Of a stretch of 64,000 nt of DNA, positions 39,249 to 48,612 are shown in pieces. The DNA comes from an uncultured SAR116 cluster alpha proteobacterium (GTDB taxonomy: Bacteria > Pseudomonadota > Alphaproteobacteria > Puniceispirillales > Puniceispirillaceae): assembly GCA_902523435.1 (NCBI GenBank), contig CABYZM010000001.1, positions 22,354-86,353 on the forward strand, read 5' to 3'. How positions within the stretch are numbered: the first letter of the stretch is position 1; each line of letters begins with the position of its first letter. The notes below the pieces were generated by a model that was not told the origin of the DNA, did not search any database, and saw nothing but the letters and a program-made list of their open reading frames with translations. Position numbers and translations under genes: made by a program.

Positions 39249-39455
39249 ATGTACATGGCCCAAAATCTGACCTCAGAAGGCAATTTCCACCCATCTAAAT
39301 TCCAAGTGGTTGAGGTCGACAGTTCTGTCCGCCCTGCTCGCGTAACTATTTTGTCATCTCATGAGAGTTAAGAAGATGCAATTGAGGCCCGGAAATCATC
39401 TGCAGTAGCCAAGATTGATTTCTACGACATTTCACACAGCGTTCTTGAAATATAA
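39249..39455 (+). pseudogene. Small ORF interrupted by an in-frame TAA (39369-39371)
   Basis: AGGAGA RBS, then MYMAQNLTSEGNFHPSKFQVVEVDSSVRPARVTILSSHES*EDAIEARKSSAVAKIDFYDISHSVLEI*. Confidence 0.45.
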
Positions 39456-39658
39456 TCTTCAAGCAATTGCAGAGCCAAAATTTCCATTAGGTCTATCAAA
39501 AGAACTCTATGTTGTCTTGCTTTTGAGAGGCCAAGACCATTGATAACCGTCTTTTATTGAGAATTTTTTGCTAGTTAAATTCGAGACAACATGCCAAATT
39601 TAATTTAATAAAAATTTTTATTGAATTTATTTATATGTACAAATCGGAGGTCAATATC

Positions 39659-40816
39659 ATGAAACATACGATAATGGCAGTTGCCGTGACGACTTTGATG
39701 CTAGCAAACAGCTCAGCATTCGCAGATACCTTTAAAGTGGGGTATATGACAACCTTATCCGGTTCTGCAGGCATTATTGGCAAACAAATGCAGAATGGCG
39801 TTAATCTAGCGCTTAAGCATACCGGGGGTAAACTTGGCGGCCACGACGCGGAAGTAATTTTTGTTGATGACCAACGTAAGCCTGATGTTGCCAAGCAGTT
39901 AGCGAACCGTTTGATTAAACGCGACAAGGTTAATGTAGTTGCTGGCATCATCTGGTCGAATTTGTTAATGGCCATTCATAAGCAAGTCACACGATCTGAC
40001 ATATTGCTAATTAGCTCAAATGCTGGCCCATCTCCGCTGGCCGGTGATAAATGTCATAAGAACTTTGTGTCCATGTCTTGGCAAAATGATCAGACATCTG
40101 AGGGCATGGGTAAATATATGCAGGATGCCGGCATAAAATCTGTCTATATGCTAGCCCCAAATTATCAGGCTGGTAAAGATATGCTAACTGGTTTCAAACG
40201 ACATTTCAAAGGCGAAATTATTGGCGAAGTTTACACCAAACTTGGTCAAAGTGATTTTCAGGCCGAATTGTCTGCTTTGCGCTCAGCCAAACCAGAAGCC
40301 ACGTTCATATTTCAACCCGGCGGCATGGCTGTGAACTTTGTAAAGCAGTGGAACCAAAGTAATATGGATTCAGTTAGCAAGCTTTATTCTGTGTTTGCTG
40401 TTGATGGGATTTCTCTGCCAGCGCTTAAAGAAACAGCCATTGGCACAATCAATACACAGACCTGGTCACCCGATCTTGATAATGACATGAACAAGAAATT
40501 TGTGGCCGACTACAAATCAGCGTATGGCGGTTACCCCTCGTTCTACGCTGCGCAAGCTTATGATACGATGATGGCGATTGATCATGCTGTACGGACGTCT
40601 GGTAGCACAAAGACAGAAGCAATGCGATCCGTTTTAGCAAAAGGCAATATCCCAACAACACGTGGCCTTTTAGCGATGAATACAAATCAGTTCCCCGTAC
40701 AAAATGTTTATCTGCGTGAAGTCATCTTGGATAAGGAAGGTAATGCGACATTAAAAATCATTGGAACCGTTATGGAAAACCATGGCGATGTCTATGCCAA
40801 GGACTGCAAATTTTAG
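39659..40816 (+). CDS. ABC transporter substrate-binding protein, Liv/PBP1 family (aromatic-acid-binding-like)
   Basis: Signal peptide; TLSG, GKLGG, DD..KPD, S.NAGPS.LAG, APNYQAGKD, AAQAYD; GGAGG RBS before ATG 39659. Confidence 0.88.
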   Translation: MKHTIMAVAVTTLMLANSSAFADTFKVGYMTTLSGSAGIIGKQMQNGVNLALKHTGGKLGGHDAEVIFVDDQRKPDVAKQLANRLIKRDKVNVVAGIIWSNLLMAIHKQVTRSDILLISSNAGPSPLAGDKCHKNFVSMSWQNDQTSEGMGKYMQDAGIKSVYMLAPNYQAGKDMLTGFKRHFKGEIIGEVYTKLGQSDFQAELSALRSAKPEATFIFQPGGMAVNFVKQWNQSNMDSVSKLYSVFAVDGISLPALKETAIGTINTQTWSPDLDNDMNKKFVADYKSAYGGYPSFYAAQAYDTMMAIDHAVRTSGSTKTEAMRSVLAKGNIPTTRGLLAMNTNQFPVQNVYLREVILDKEGNATLKIIGTVMENHGDVYAKDCKF

Positions 40817-40830
40817 AGTAAACTCAACAA

Positions 40831-40856
40831 GGCAGTGCAGCCATGATCTGACTGCC
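40831..40856 (+). terminator. Stem-loop after the binding-protein gene
   Basis: GGCAGT(G)CAG-CCATGAT-CTGACTGCC; no U-tract, so more likely a stabiliser. Confidence 0.4.
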
Positions 40857-40897
40857 ATTCATCCGGTTTTCAAATTGTACGGCAGGCGGCAAGTCGA

Positions 40898-41818
40898 ATG
40901 ACCATAACGCTATTGTTGGAGCAAGTGTTCAATGGCATTCAGTCTGGTGTCACCCTATTTTTGGTGGCTGCTGGTCTGACGCTGATTCTGGGAATTATGG
41001 ACCTGGTCTTTCTGGCCCATGGCGCGCAGGTGATGATTGGTGCATACGCTGCCACAGGATTTACCCTGCTGACAGGCAATTTCTACCTTGGCATTTTTTT
41101 GGCCATCCCATTAACCTTTGCTAGTGGATATCTTCTTGAATATCTGATCATCAAACATTTATATAAACGCGATCATATGGAGCAGGTGCTAGCAACTTTC
41201 GGACTGATCCTGTTCTTCAATGAATTGATCCGCATTGGCTTTGGGCCTGCTGCTCTATTTTCTAATTTGCCGCCCTCTTTGTCGGGGTTTGTTTACATCC
41301 TGCCAGAAACACCATATCCGGTCTTTCGCCTTATAGTTATTTTTATAGGGCTGGCATTGGCCATTGGCATCTATATTCTTGTCGCCAAGACACGCATGGG
41401 CGCCATGGTCAGAGCAGGTGCGGCCAACCCGGATATGACTGCTGCGCTCGGTGTAAACATTCATATGCTGAGGCGGTTTATTTTTTCAGTTGGTGCGAGC
41501 CTGGCAGGCGTTGCGGGCATGATGCTTGCTCCTCTGACAGTTGTTGAACCAGGCATGGGAGAACCTCTGCTGATCTTGTCTCTCGTGGTCATTATTATTG
41601 GCGGCATCGGCTCTGTCCGTGGTGCGTTCATTGCCGCTGTTCTCGTTGGTCTTGTCGATACAATCGGCAGGGTGTTTCTGCCAGACATGCTGAGAGCGTT
41701 TATGTCTCAATCAGCCGCTGACGGGGCGGGGCCAGCTCTTGCCTCTATGATGATATATATCTTGATGGCCGTAATACTTGTGTTCAAGCCAACTGGCCTG
41801 TTCCCGCCGAAAGGTTAG
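40898..41818 (+). CDS. Liv-type ABC permease (LivH-like)
   Basis: NG...G..LFL.AAGLTL..G.M, AHG, TR.G..VRA, VV.IIGG.GS..GA. Confidence 0.9.
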   Translation: MTITLLLEQVFNGIQSGVTLFLVAAGLTLILGIMDLVFLAHGAQVMIGAYAATGFTLLTGNFYLGIFLAIPLTFASGYLLEYLIIKHLYKRDHMEQVLATFGLILFFNELIRIGFGPAALFSNLPPSLSGFVYILPETPYPVFRLIVIFIGLALAIGIYILVAKTRMGAMVRAGAANPDMTAALGVNIHMLRRFIFSVGASLAGVAGMMLAPLTVVEPGMGEPLLILSLVVIIIGGIGSVRGAFIAAVLVGLVDTIGRVFLPDMLRAFMSQSAADGAGPALASMMIYILMAVILVFKPTGLFPPKG

Positions 41819-41822
41819 GGTG

Positions 41823-42827
41823 ATGCAAGCGCTAAAAAGAAGTCTGGAAATTTTAAAATCATCCCCTGCCTTGTTTATCCTGTTGCTGGGGTTTGGCTTA
41901 TTTCCAATCTACACTAGCATGGCTGACCTGCCATTTTGGAATGATGTTTCTATGCGTATAATGCTACTAGGCATGGCTGCATTAGGGCTGAACCTCGTTC
42001 TGGGATTTGGAGGAATGGTCTCATTTGGCCATGCTGCCTTTATAGGCATAGGGGCTTACAGTGTGGGTATAAGCCAGTTTTACGGTATTGATAATGGCTG
42101 GCTACATATTCTTTTTGCACTTCTGTTCTGCGCTGCTATTGGTCTTGTGATTGGCTTTCTCGCCCTCAGAACCAAGGGAATTTATTTTATCATGATAACC
42201 TTGGCCTTTGCTCAGATGCTATATTTTTTCTTTGTGAGTCTTGAGGTCTTTGGCGGTGATGATGGTATGGGTGTGGATCGTGCTTCATTTTTAATTATTG
42301 ATTTATGGGATCCGCTTCGGCTTTATTACCTTATTTGGATAGCTCTGTTTGCTGTAAGCCTGCTTCTTCTGCTTATCATCAATTCTCATTTTGGTGTAAT
42401 CTTGCAGGGAATTAAGGACAATGAATCACGCATTGAAGCAATGGGGCTTTCTGCTTTGCATTTCAAAATCACGGCCTATGTAGCGTCTGCTGCTATCTGT
42501 GGACTTGCTGGTGCTTTATTTGCAAACTGGCAGGAATACGTCTCACCCGATATTATGCATTGGTCCCGTTCAGGCGAATTAATGATTGTCATTGTATTGG
42601 GAGGTCTTTCCTATATTGCCGGTCCACTAATCGGCGCAATTGTCTTTTTTCTGCTTGAAGAATTTCTACCTGAGTTGCTTTATTTCATCGCCCCTGATTA
42701 CAGCGAAAACTGGATGATTATATTTGGACCAATGCTGATTGCTGTTGTCTTGTTCACAAAAGGTGGTCTGATGGCAATATTTGAGCAACTACACCGACGA
42801 ATTACTCAGCGGCAGAACACCACATGA
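41823..42827 (+). CDS. Liv-type ABC permease (LivM-like)
   Basis: G.GGMVSFGHAAF.G.GAY, GIYFIMITLAFAQM, GGDDG, NE.R..A.G. Confidence 0.9.
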   Translation: MQALKRSLEILKSSPALFILLLGFGLFPIYTSMADLPFWNDVSMRIMLLGMAALGLNLVLGFGGMVSFGHAAFIGIGAYSVGISQFYGIDNGWLHILFALLFCAAIGLVIGFLALRTKGIYFIMITLAFAQMLYFFFVSLEVFGGDDGMGVDRASFLIIDLWDPLRLYYLIWIALFAVSLLLLLIINSHFGVILQGIKDNESRIEAMGLSALHFKITAYVASAAICGLAGALFANWQEYVSPDIMHWSRSGELMIVIVLGGLSYIAGPLIGAIVFFLLEEFLPELLYFIAPDYSENWMIIFGPMLIAVVLFTKGGLMAIFEQLHRRITQRQNTT

Positions 42828-43573
42828 CCAAAGTATCGCTTGAACTCAAAGATATTAGCAAGTCTTATGGGGCCCTGCGGGCATCACATAAGCTGTGTTT
42901 ATCTGTCAACAAGGGTGAAATCCATGCTCTTATTGGGCCGAATGGTGCAGGAAAAACAACCTTAATCAAACAGATATATGGATCCGAACAACCTGATTCT
43001 GGACAAATTCTCTTAAATGGAGAACTTATAAATAATACTTCACCCTCTCTAAGAGTGCGCAAGGGAATTGGCCGTTCCTTTCAGATAAGTAATGTTCTTC
43101 TGGGTTTCACTGTCTTGCAAAATGCACTTATCGCCGAGCTTGCCCGAAAGGGCAAAGTGTTTCGGTTTTTTGCACCAGCCTTCAGCGATCCCTCTCTTTT
43201 ATCCGGCGCACGCAATATTCTGGAAAAGGTTGGATTGCTTCATCAGTCTGAAAAACTTGCCGCTGAAATCTCTCATGGAGAACGCCGACTTCTTGAACTG
43301 GCACTGGCGATCGCAACAAACCCACAACTTCTATTGCTAGATGAACCTTTGGCAGGGGCTGGGGCAGAAGAAAGCCGCCACATCACTTCAATCATCGAAA
43401 ACTTAAAAAGCCAGCATGCGACCTTACTGATTGAGCATGATATGGATGCAGTATTTAAATTGGCAGACCGTATAACAGTGCTGGTGGAAGGAAAAACCAT
43501 CGCCAGTGGAACACCTGATGAAATCAGCAACAACAGCGCCGTACGCAACGCCTATCTTGGCGATGGTGATTAA
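42824..43573 (+). CDS. Liv-type ABC ATPase (LivG-like)
   Basis: GPNGAGKT, RSFQ, SHGERR, LLDEP.AG, IEHDM, VRNAYLG. Confidence 0.92.
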   Translation: MTKVSLELKDISKSYGALRASHKLCLSVNKGEIHALIGPNGAGKTTLIKQIYGSEQPDSGQILLNGELINNTSPSLRVRKGIGRSFQISNVLLGFTVLQNALIAELARKGKVFRFFAPAFSDPSLLSGARNILEKVGLLHQSEKLAAEISHGERRLLELALAIATNPQLLLLDEPLAGAGAEESRHITSIIENLKSQHATLLIEHDMDAVFKLADRITVLVEGKTIASGTPDEISNNSAVRNAYLGDGD

Positions 43574-44279
43574 CATGCTGATTTTGGATAATGTAAATGC
43601 CGGGTATGGGGCAGCTCAGGTTCTGTTTGATTTATCTCTGCATATAAATGCTGGAGAATGTGTCTCTCTCATGGGTCGCAACGGCATGGGAAAGACGACA
43701 ACTGTGCGGGTAATAATGGGTCAATTACCACTGCAGTCAGGCCAACTACAGAGGTTTGGCATTGCCGATTCTGCCATGGAAAGTTTTGAGATTGCTCGCC
43801 AGGGCATTGGACTCGTTCCAGAAGGACGCCAGATTTTTCCAAATTTATCTGTTGGTGAAAATCTGCGCACCTTCTACCAGCCATCCCTATCTGATACACG
43901 GGATGAATGGACATTTGAGAGTGTAATTGAGCTATTTCCGCGGCTTGAAGAACGGCTTAACTATGCAGGAGATCATCTGTCTGGCGGCGAGCAGCAAATG
44001 CTGGCGATTGGGCGGGCCCTTATCACCAACCCGAAATTACTGATCCTTGATGAAGCGACAGAGGGGTTGGCTCCACTGGTAAGACAGCAGATATGGGATT
44101 GTCTGAATAAGCTAAAACAGAAAGGCCAATCTATTTTGATCATTGATAAAGATATTTCAGCTATCACAAAACTGGCAGATCGCCATTATCTTATGGATAA
44201 GGGAAATATTGCCTGGCAAGGAACATCAACTGCACTTCTGGCCGCACCGGAAACCATAAACAGATATTTAGGCATCTGA
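43563..44279 (+). CDS. Liv-type ABC ATPase (LivF-like)
   Basis: GRNGMGKT, VPEGRQIF, LSGGEQQMLAIGRAL, DEATEGLAP; start at 43563 or 43575. Confidence 0.92.
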   Translation: MVINMLILDNVNAGYGAAQVLFDLSLHINAGECVSLMGRNGMGKTTTVRVIMGQLPLQSGQLQRFGIADSAMESFEIARQGIGLVPEGRQIFPNLSVGENLRTFYQPSLSDTRDEWTFESVIELFPRLEERLNYAGDHLSGGEQQMLAIGRALITNPKLLILDEATEGLAPLVRQQIWDCLNKLKQKGQSILIIDKDISAITKLADRHYLMDKGNIAWQGTSTALLAAPETINRYLGI

Positions 44280-44289
44280 CGGGATAAAC

Positions 44290-45717
44290 TCATCGCCCAC
44301 CGGTCAGCGTGAAGAAGATACCGCACAGACAAAGCGTCACCATTATTGAGAATAAAGTGTTCCAACCCAGAGTAAGCTGAAGAGGACGCTTGCCATTTAA
44401 AGAAGATACCATCAGCACAACAGTTGCGAAAGGTGAAGTGGTCATTGACAAGGCCCAACCGCAGGAAATTGCCAACGCAGCCAATGTTGGATCTACAGGC
44501 AAGACAGGAAGGCTGCCCAAAAGACTGCCAAAAAAAACAGCCATCATAATAGGGCTGACACCCAGCCATGAAAAAGGTATCATCACTACCGTCAAGCAAA
44601 TGAGCACCAAATAATCAGGCATCAACATTAGTCCCAAATTATCAGATAAGTATTCAGCCGGAACCATCTCCGCACTCAACATACCAATGTAACCAGATGA
44701 AGCTAACGCCAGCATAATTTTCGCATTTTCAGGTAAGCGTGTCAGACAAATATCTACAGCGCGTTTCAGCGCTGTAGCCGGAGTTTTATCTCTTTGGTGA
44801 TTCTGCGCCCATAACCACAACATCATGACTAGAGGACAGGAAACCAACAAGCCAAAAACAAAACTCTCACCGGAAAAATAAGAAACAAGAATTGTCAAAC
44901 AGACCAGTGACAACAAGACAGAAAAGAAACTGACCAATGCCAATAAAGGCAATTTCAACTGTTGACGTGGTCGGGCAGGACTGCGCTGCATATGCCGAAA
45001 CCTCCATCTGTCTTCAGCCCAACCGATGATACAAATAGCTGCAGTACACATGAGGCCATATATGCTCCACCATTCTCTGCTTATACCATCTATAAGTTCA
45101 AGGACCGCGAGTGGTGCAATCGCTGTTGGTGACCAAACAACACTCCAACTAAAACCGCGCAGCATTGATGTAAGCTGTCTTCGTTCTCTGATATCTGCAA
45201 CATCAGTTTGTTCTTTTTCAACACCTTTTCGGATCAGGGGTGTGAGTAAACTTATAATGCCTAAATTAAATAGAACAGACATGATATTCGAACCGCCAAA
45301 GACAGCAAAATATCGCTTTGCTGGTGGTTGGCGGGTTAAAAATTGTCCACAGTTAGCTACCGCCGTTGAAGTGACTGCAGCTTCATGAAGCAATGCAAGC
45401 AAGAGCAAAAAAGCCATCAGAAAAACAGCCTGATTAATTGCAGTTTGAAATATTTCCCAAGGCATTTGGAAAACCAGCAAGGCAAAAGCTGTCAGGCAAC
45501 CACATACGCTTAAAAGATAGATTTCACGCAATCCTATTAGACGCCAGCTGCAAAAAAAGACCCCTGCTGCTGCGCAATAAGAAATAAAATTGAATACAGG
45601 CATGCTTGTGGCGCGCGCGCACAGCATCGTTACCATCACTATAACCATCAGCAGCCCAGTGACAGTCTGCAGAGATTTAAGAAATGAAGGGACCAGTTTA
45701 GTATACCCACTTAACAA
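44290..45717 (-). CDS. Uncharacterised polytopic membrane protein (possible secondary transporter)
   Basis: About 12 TM segments; LRGF....WSP and SPF motifs; TTG start uncertain. Confidence 0.65.
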   Translation of the reverse strand: MLSGYTKLVPSFLKSLQTVTGLLMVIVMVTMLCARATSMPVFNFISYCAAAGVFFCSWRLIGLREIYLLSVCGCLTAFALLVFQMPWEIFQTAINQAVFLMAFLLLLALLHEAAVTSTAVANCGQFLTRQPPAKRYFAVFGGSNIMSVLFNLGIISLLTPLIRKGVEKEQTDVADIRERRQLTSMLRGFSWSVVWSPTAIAPLAVLELIDGISREWWSIYGLMCTAAICIIGWAEDRWRFRHMQRSPARPRQQLKLPLLALVSFFSVLLSLVCLTILVSYFSGESFVFGLLVSCPLVMMLWLWAQNHQRDKTPATALKRAVDICLTRLPENAKIMLALASSGYIGMLSAEMVPAEYLSDNLGLMLMPDYLVLICLTVVMIPFSWLGVSPIMMAVFFGSLLGSLPVLPVDPTLAALAISCGWALSMTTSPFATVVLMVSSLNGKRPLQLTLGWNTLFSIMVTLCLCGIFFTLTGGR

Positions 45718-45819
45718 ACTTTATTACTGACCTCAGTCTATACCCAATCCAGCAACCAATAACAGTCTTGACACCACAAAAGCTTCACGTTCTGATCGGA
45801 TTAGATTTCACACTAGAGA

Positions 45820-47202
45820 ATGAGGGTTATGACTGAACGCGTCTTTATCGCTGGGGGAGCAGGATTTTCTGGTGATCGCTTTGATGCTGCTGTGCCGCTG
45901 GTTGCACATTTGGCAAGTTGCGATGGCGCCCGATATCTAATTTTTGAAGTTCTAGCAGAACGAACAATCGCTCTCGCACAAATTTCAAAAACAGTAGACC
46001 CTGACTTAGGTTACTCCCCCTATCTTGAAGCTTATCTTCGCCCAGTCTTAGAACAAATAAAAATGCATCACATCAAGGTTGTCTCGAACATGGGCGCCGC
46101 CAACCCACTAGCAGCGGCAAAACATATTAACAAGCTGGCCGGTGAATTAGGCCTACCTCCATTTAGAATCGCCGTTTTATCAGGTGATGATTTGTCTAAT
46201 TATCTTGATGAGCAAACCCTCTTAGAGGCCCCTACAATGGAAGGCAACCAATTGTCAGGTCGTGATTTGAAAGCAGCTAACGTATATCTAGGCGGGGACG
46301 CTGTTGCAAACGCGCTGGCAATGGATGTGGATATTGTTCTTGTGGGTCGCACCACTGACAGCGCGTTAGTTTTAGGCCCACTGCTACACGAATTTGGATG
46401 GGCTAACGATGATTGGGACAAACTGGCGGCTGGCACAATCTGTGGCCATCTTCTGGAATGCGGTGCACAAGTCACAGGGGCCTATTTTGCCGATCCTGGT
46501 TTTAAGGATGTCCCTGCATTAGCTGAAGTGGGCTTCCCTGTTGCAGAGGTTTACGAATCTGGAAATTTTATTATAACAAAGCCTGAACAGACTGGGGGTT
46601 GCGTCACCTCTGCCACAGTTACAGAACAGCTGTTATATGAAATGCATGATCCGACTTGTTATATTGTGCCGGATGTTTGTGCAGATGTCAGTGGCCTGTA
46701 TCTTACAGAAGACGGAATAGACAGAATTTTAGTGCAAGGGATAAAGGGTAGCCCCCGACCAGAACAGCTTAAAGCAACTGTCTGTGTTGATGGCGGGTTT
46801 ATGGCTGAGGCAGAACTTAGTTATGCTGGCATGAACAGCCTTGCGCGCGCTAAATTAGCTGCAGACATTGTTTTAGAGCGCATGCAAAAATCTGGTTTCA
46901 ATGGTGAAATTCGCCGCGATATTATTGGGGCATTTTCTGTTCTTGATGGCGGCGATGCGTCAGCCAGCCAAGCAAATAACCTGCCCTTTGACGGCGATTA
47001 CAGAGTTCGGTTGTCCCTCATTTCAGCTGATCATAAAACCGCGCAGACATTGTGTGACGAGCTTCAACATCTTTATTGTTCAGGACCAGCTGCTGGTGGT
47101 GGATATCGCAGTTCAGTCACACCGCAGATGGCATCAGCCTCTATTTTGCTAAACAGAACACTCATTGAACCTCATATTGCTGTGGAGGTGGTCGATAGGT
47201 GA
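45820..47202 (+). CDS. Acyclic terpene utilization AtuA family protein (DUF1446), N-terminal part
   Basis: GAGFSGDR, FE.LAERT.A, SN.GAANP, ANVYLG, GR..D, GHLLECGAQVTG.YF.DPG, EQLLYE.HDP, GPAAGGG. Confidence 0.88.
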   Translation: MRVMTERVFIAGGAGFSGDRFDAAVPLVAHLASCDGARYLIFEVLAERTIALAQISKTVDPDLGYSPYLEAYLRPVLEQIKMHHIKVVSNMGAANPLAAAKHINKLAGELGLPPFRIAVLSGDDLSNYLDEQTLLEAPTMEGNQLSGRDLKAANVYLGGDAVANALAMDVDIVLVGRTTDSALVLGPLLHEFGWANDDWDKLAAGTICGHLLECGAQVTGAYFADPGFKDVPALAEVGFPVAEVYESGNFIITKPEQTGGCVTSATVTEQLLYEMHDPTCYIVPDVCADVSGLYLTEDGIDRILVQGIKGSPRPEQLKATVCVDGGFMAEAELSYAGMNSLARAKLAADIVLERMQKSGFNGEIRRDIIGAFSVLDGGDASASQANNLPFDGDYRVRLSLISADHKTAQTLCDELQHLYCSGPAAGGGYRSSVTPQMASASILLNRTLIEPHIAVEVVDR

Positions 47203-47597
47203 CTAGCTGCTCAGAAATGCGCCGTTTGCCGCTGCACGCTATCGCCCACGGCAGGGCTGGCGACAAAGGCAATGTCAGCAATGTATCTTTGGTCGCCTAT
47301 CGACCAGAGGCTTACAAGTTTCTAGCGACAAATGTGACAGCAGACAAGGTTCATAAGCTTTATGCTCACTTAGGGGCAAGTGGTGTTACACGCTATGATT
47401 TACCCCTCCTCTCTGCATTTAATTTTGTTATAGACGATGTTCTGGATGGCGGGGTCAATGCATCGCGGTCAATTGACAGGCATGGCAAAACGCTAAGCTA
47501 TATTCTGCTGGGTAGGTTCATCATTGACATGCCAATAGACCTTATTCCCGACAGCTCACCCTATCTCGACCCTGATTTTCGTTGGCAAAAATATTAG
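47199..47597 (+). CDS. AtuA-related small protein (C-terminal AtuA-like domain)
   Basis: AHGRAGDKGN.SN, V.RY.LP...A.NFV....LDGGV..S..ID.HGK.LS; GTGA overlap. Confidence 0.82.
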   Translation: MTSCSEMRRLPLHAIAHGRAGDKGNVSNVSLVAYRPEAYKFLATNVTADKVHKLYAHLGASGVTRYDLPLLSAFNFVIDDVLDGGVNASRSIDRHGKTLSYILLGRFIIDMPIDLIPDSSPYLDPDFRWQKY

Positions 47598-48556
47598 GCA
47601 GTGAACGCGTCCAAATCATAGATGTTGGCTTTGGGAACACCCTCATTGAAATAATCACATATATTTGATGCCGCCTGATAAGACATGCGATGCAGGCTTT
47701 CAGCCGTGAATGCTGCAGCATGAGGACTTAGTTGCGTGTTCTTAGCAGACAAAAGGGGATTATCTACAGTAATAGGCTCAACTGAGAAAACGTCAAAAGC
47801 CGAAGCAGCAATGTGACCTGACTGTGTCAATTCCGTTAAAGCCTGTTCATCAACAATCCCGCCACGAGCACAATTTACCAGATAGCTACCTTTCGGCATT
47901 TTCAGTAACCGATCTTTATTGATGAGATTTGCAGATTTATCTGTAAGCGGAATATGGATGGTAAGGAAGGTGCTTCGCGCCAACCCTTCATCCAAATCAT
48001 GTATAATTTCAAAACCATCAACCTCACTCACACCAGGATCAAATTTTTCATCGCAAACAAGAACAGTCATACCAAAGGAACCTGCTAGCCTGGATACGCG
48101 CGTGCCAATCCGGCCGTAGCCAAGCACCAGCAAAGTTCGTGCGCCCAAGTCAAATGCCTTGATATTCTTCCGCTTGCTGTAATCACTGCGCACAACCTGA
48201 TCCATATAAACCGAATTTTTTGCCATATTCAGCATAAACATAAAGGTGTGTTCCACAACAGATTGTGCATTTGCATCAGATGCAATAGCAACAGTTATAT
48301 TTCGTGACCGGGCACAGGCCACATCGATGGTGTCGCAACCGACCCCATGCTTAGATATGATTTTGAGGTTTGGCATGGAGAGAATTTGTTCAGAAGAAAT
48401 CCGATTGGTACGCACAAGAATAGCTTCTATCTTTTCTGACCAACCTTCAAGCTGCTCTTCACTCAGCGTCCAACCCTCTATAACTTCAAACCCTTTTTCC
48501 CTGAGCAAAGCAGGCCCCGAGTCATCAATTTTCTCTGTCAAAAGAACGGTCCTCAT
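47594..48556 (-). CDS. D-isomer-specific 2-hydroxyacid dehydrogenase (SerA-like)
   Basis: KHGVG.D, NA.SV.EH, GYGRIG, VNCARGG.VDE, DVF..EP, SPH.AA. Confidence 0.88.
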   Translation of the reverse strand: MRTVLLTEKIDDSGPALLREKGFEVIEGWTLSEEQLEGWSEKIEAILVRTNRISSEQILSMPNLKIISKHGVGCDTIDVACARSRNITVAIASDANAQSVVEHTFMFMLNMAKNSVYMDQVVRSDYSKRKNIKAFDLGARTLLVLGYGRIGTRVSRLAGSFGMTVLVCDEKFDPGVSEVDGFEIIHDLDEGLARSTFLTIHIPLTDKSANLINKDRLLKMPKGSYLVNCARGGIVDEQALTELTQSGHIAASAFDVFSVEPITVDNPLLSAKNTQLSPHAAAFTAESLHRMSYQAASNICDYFNEGVPKANIYDLDAFTA

Positions 48557-48612
48557 TCCCGTTTACCTCTAAATTTTTGAATTTAATGTAATCGACGTTC
48601 CGTAAATTTGCG

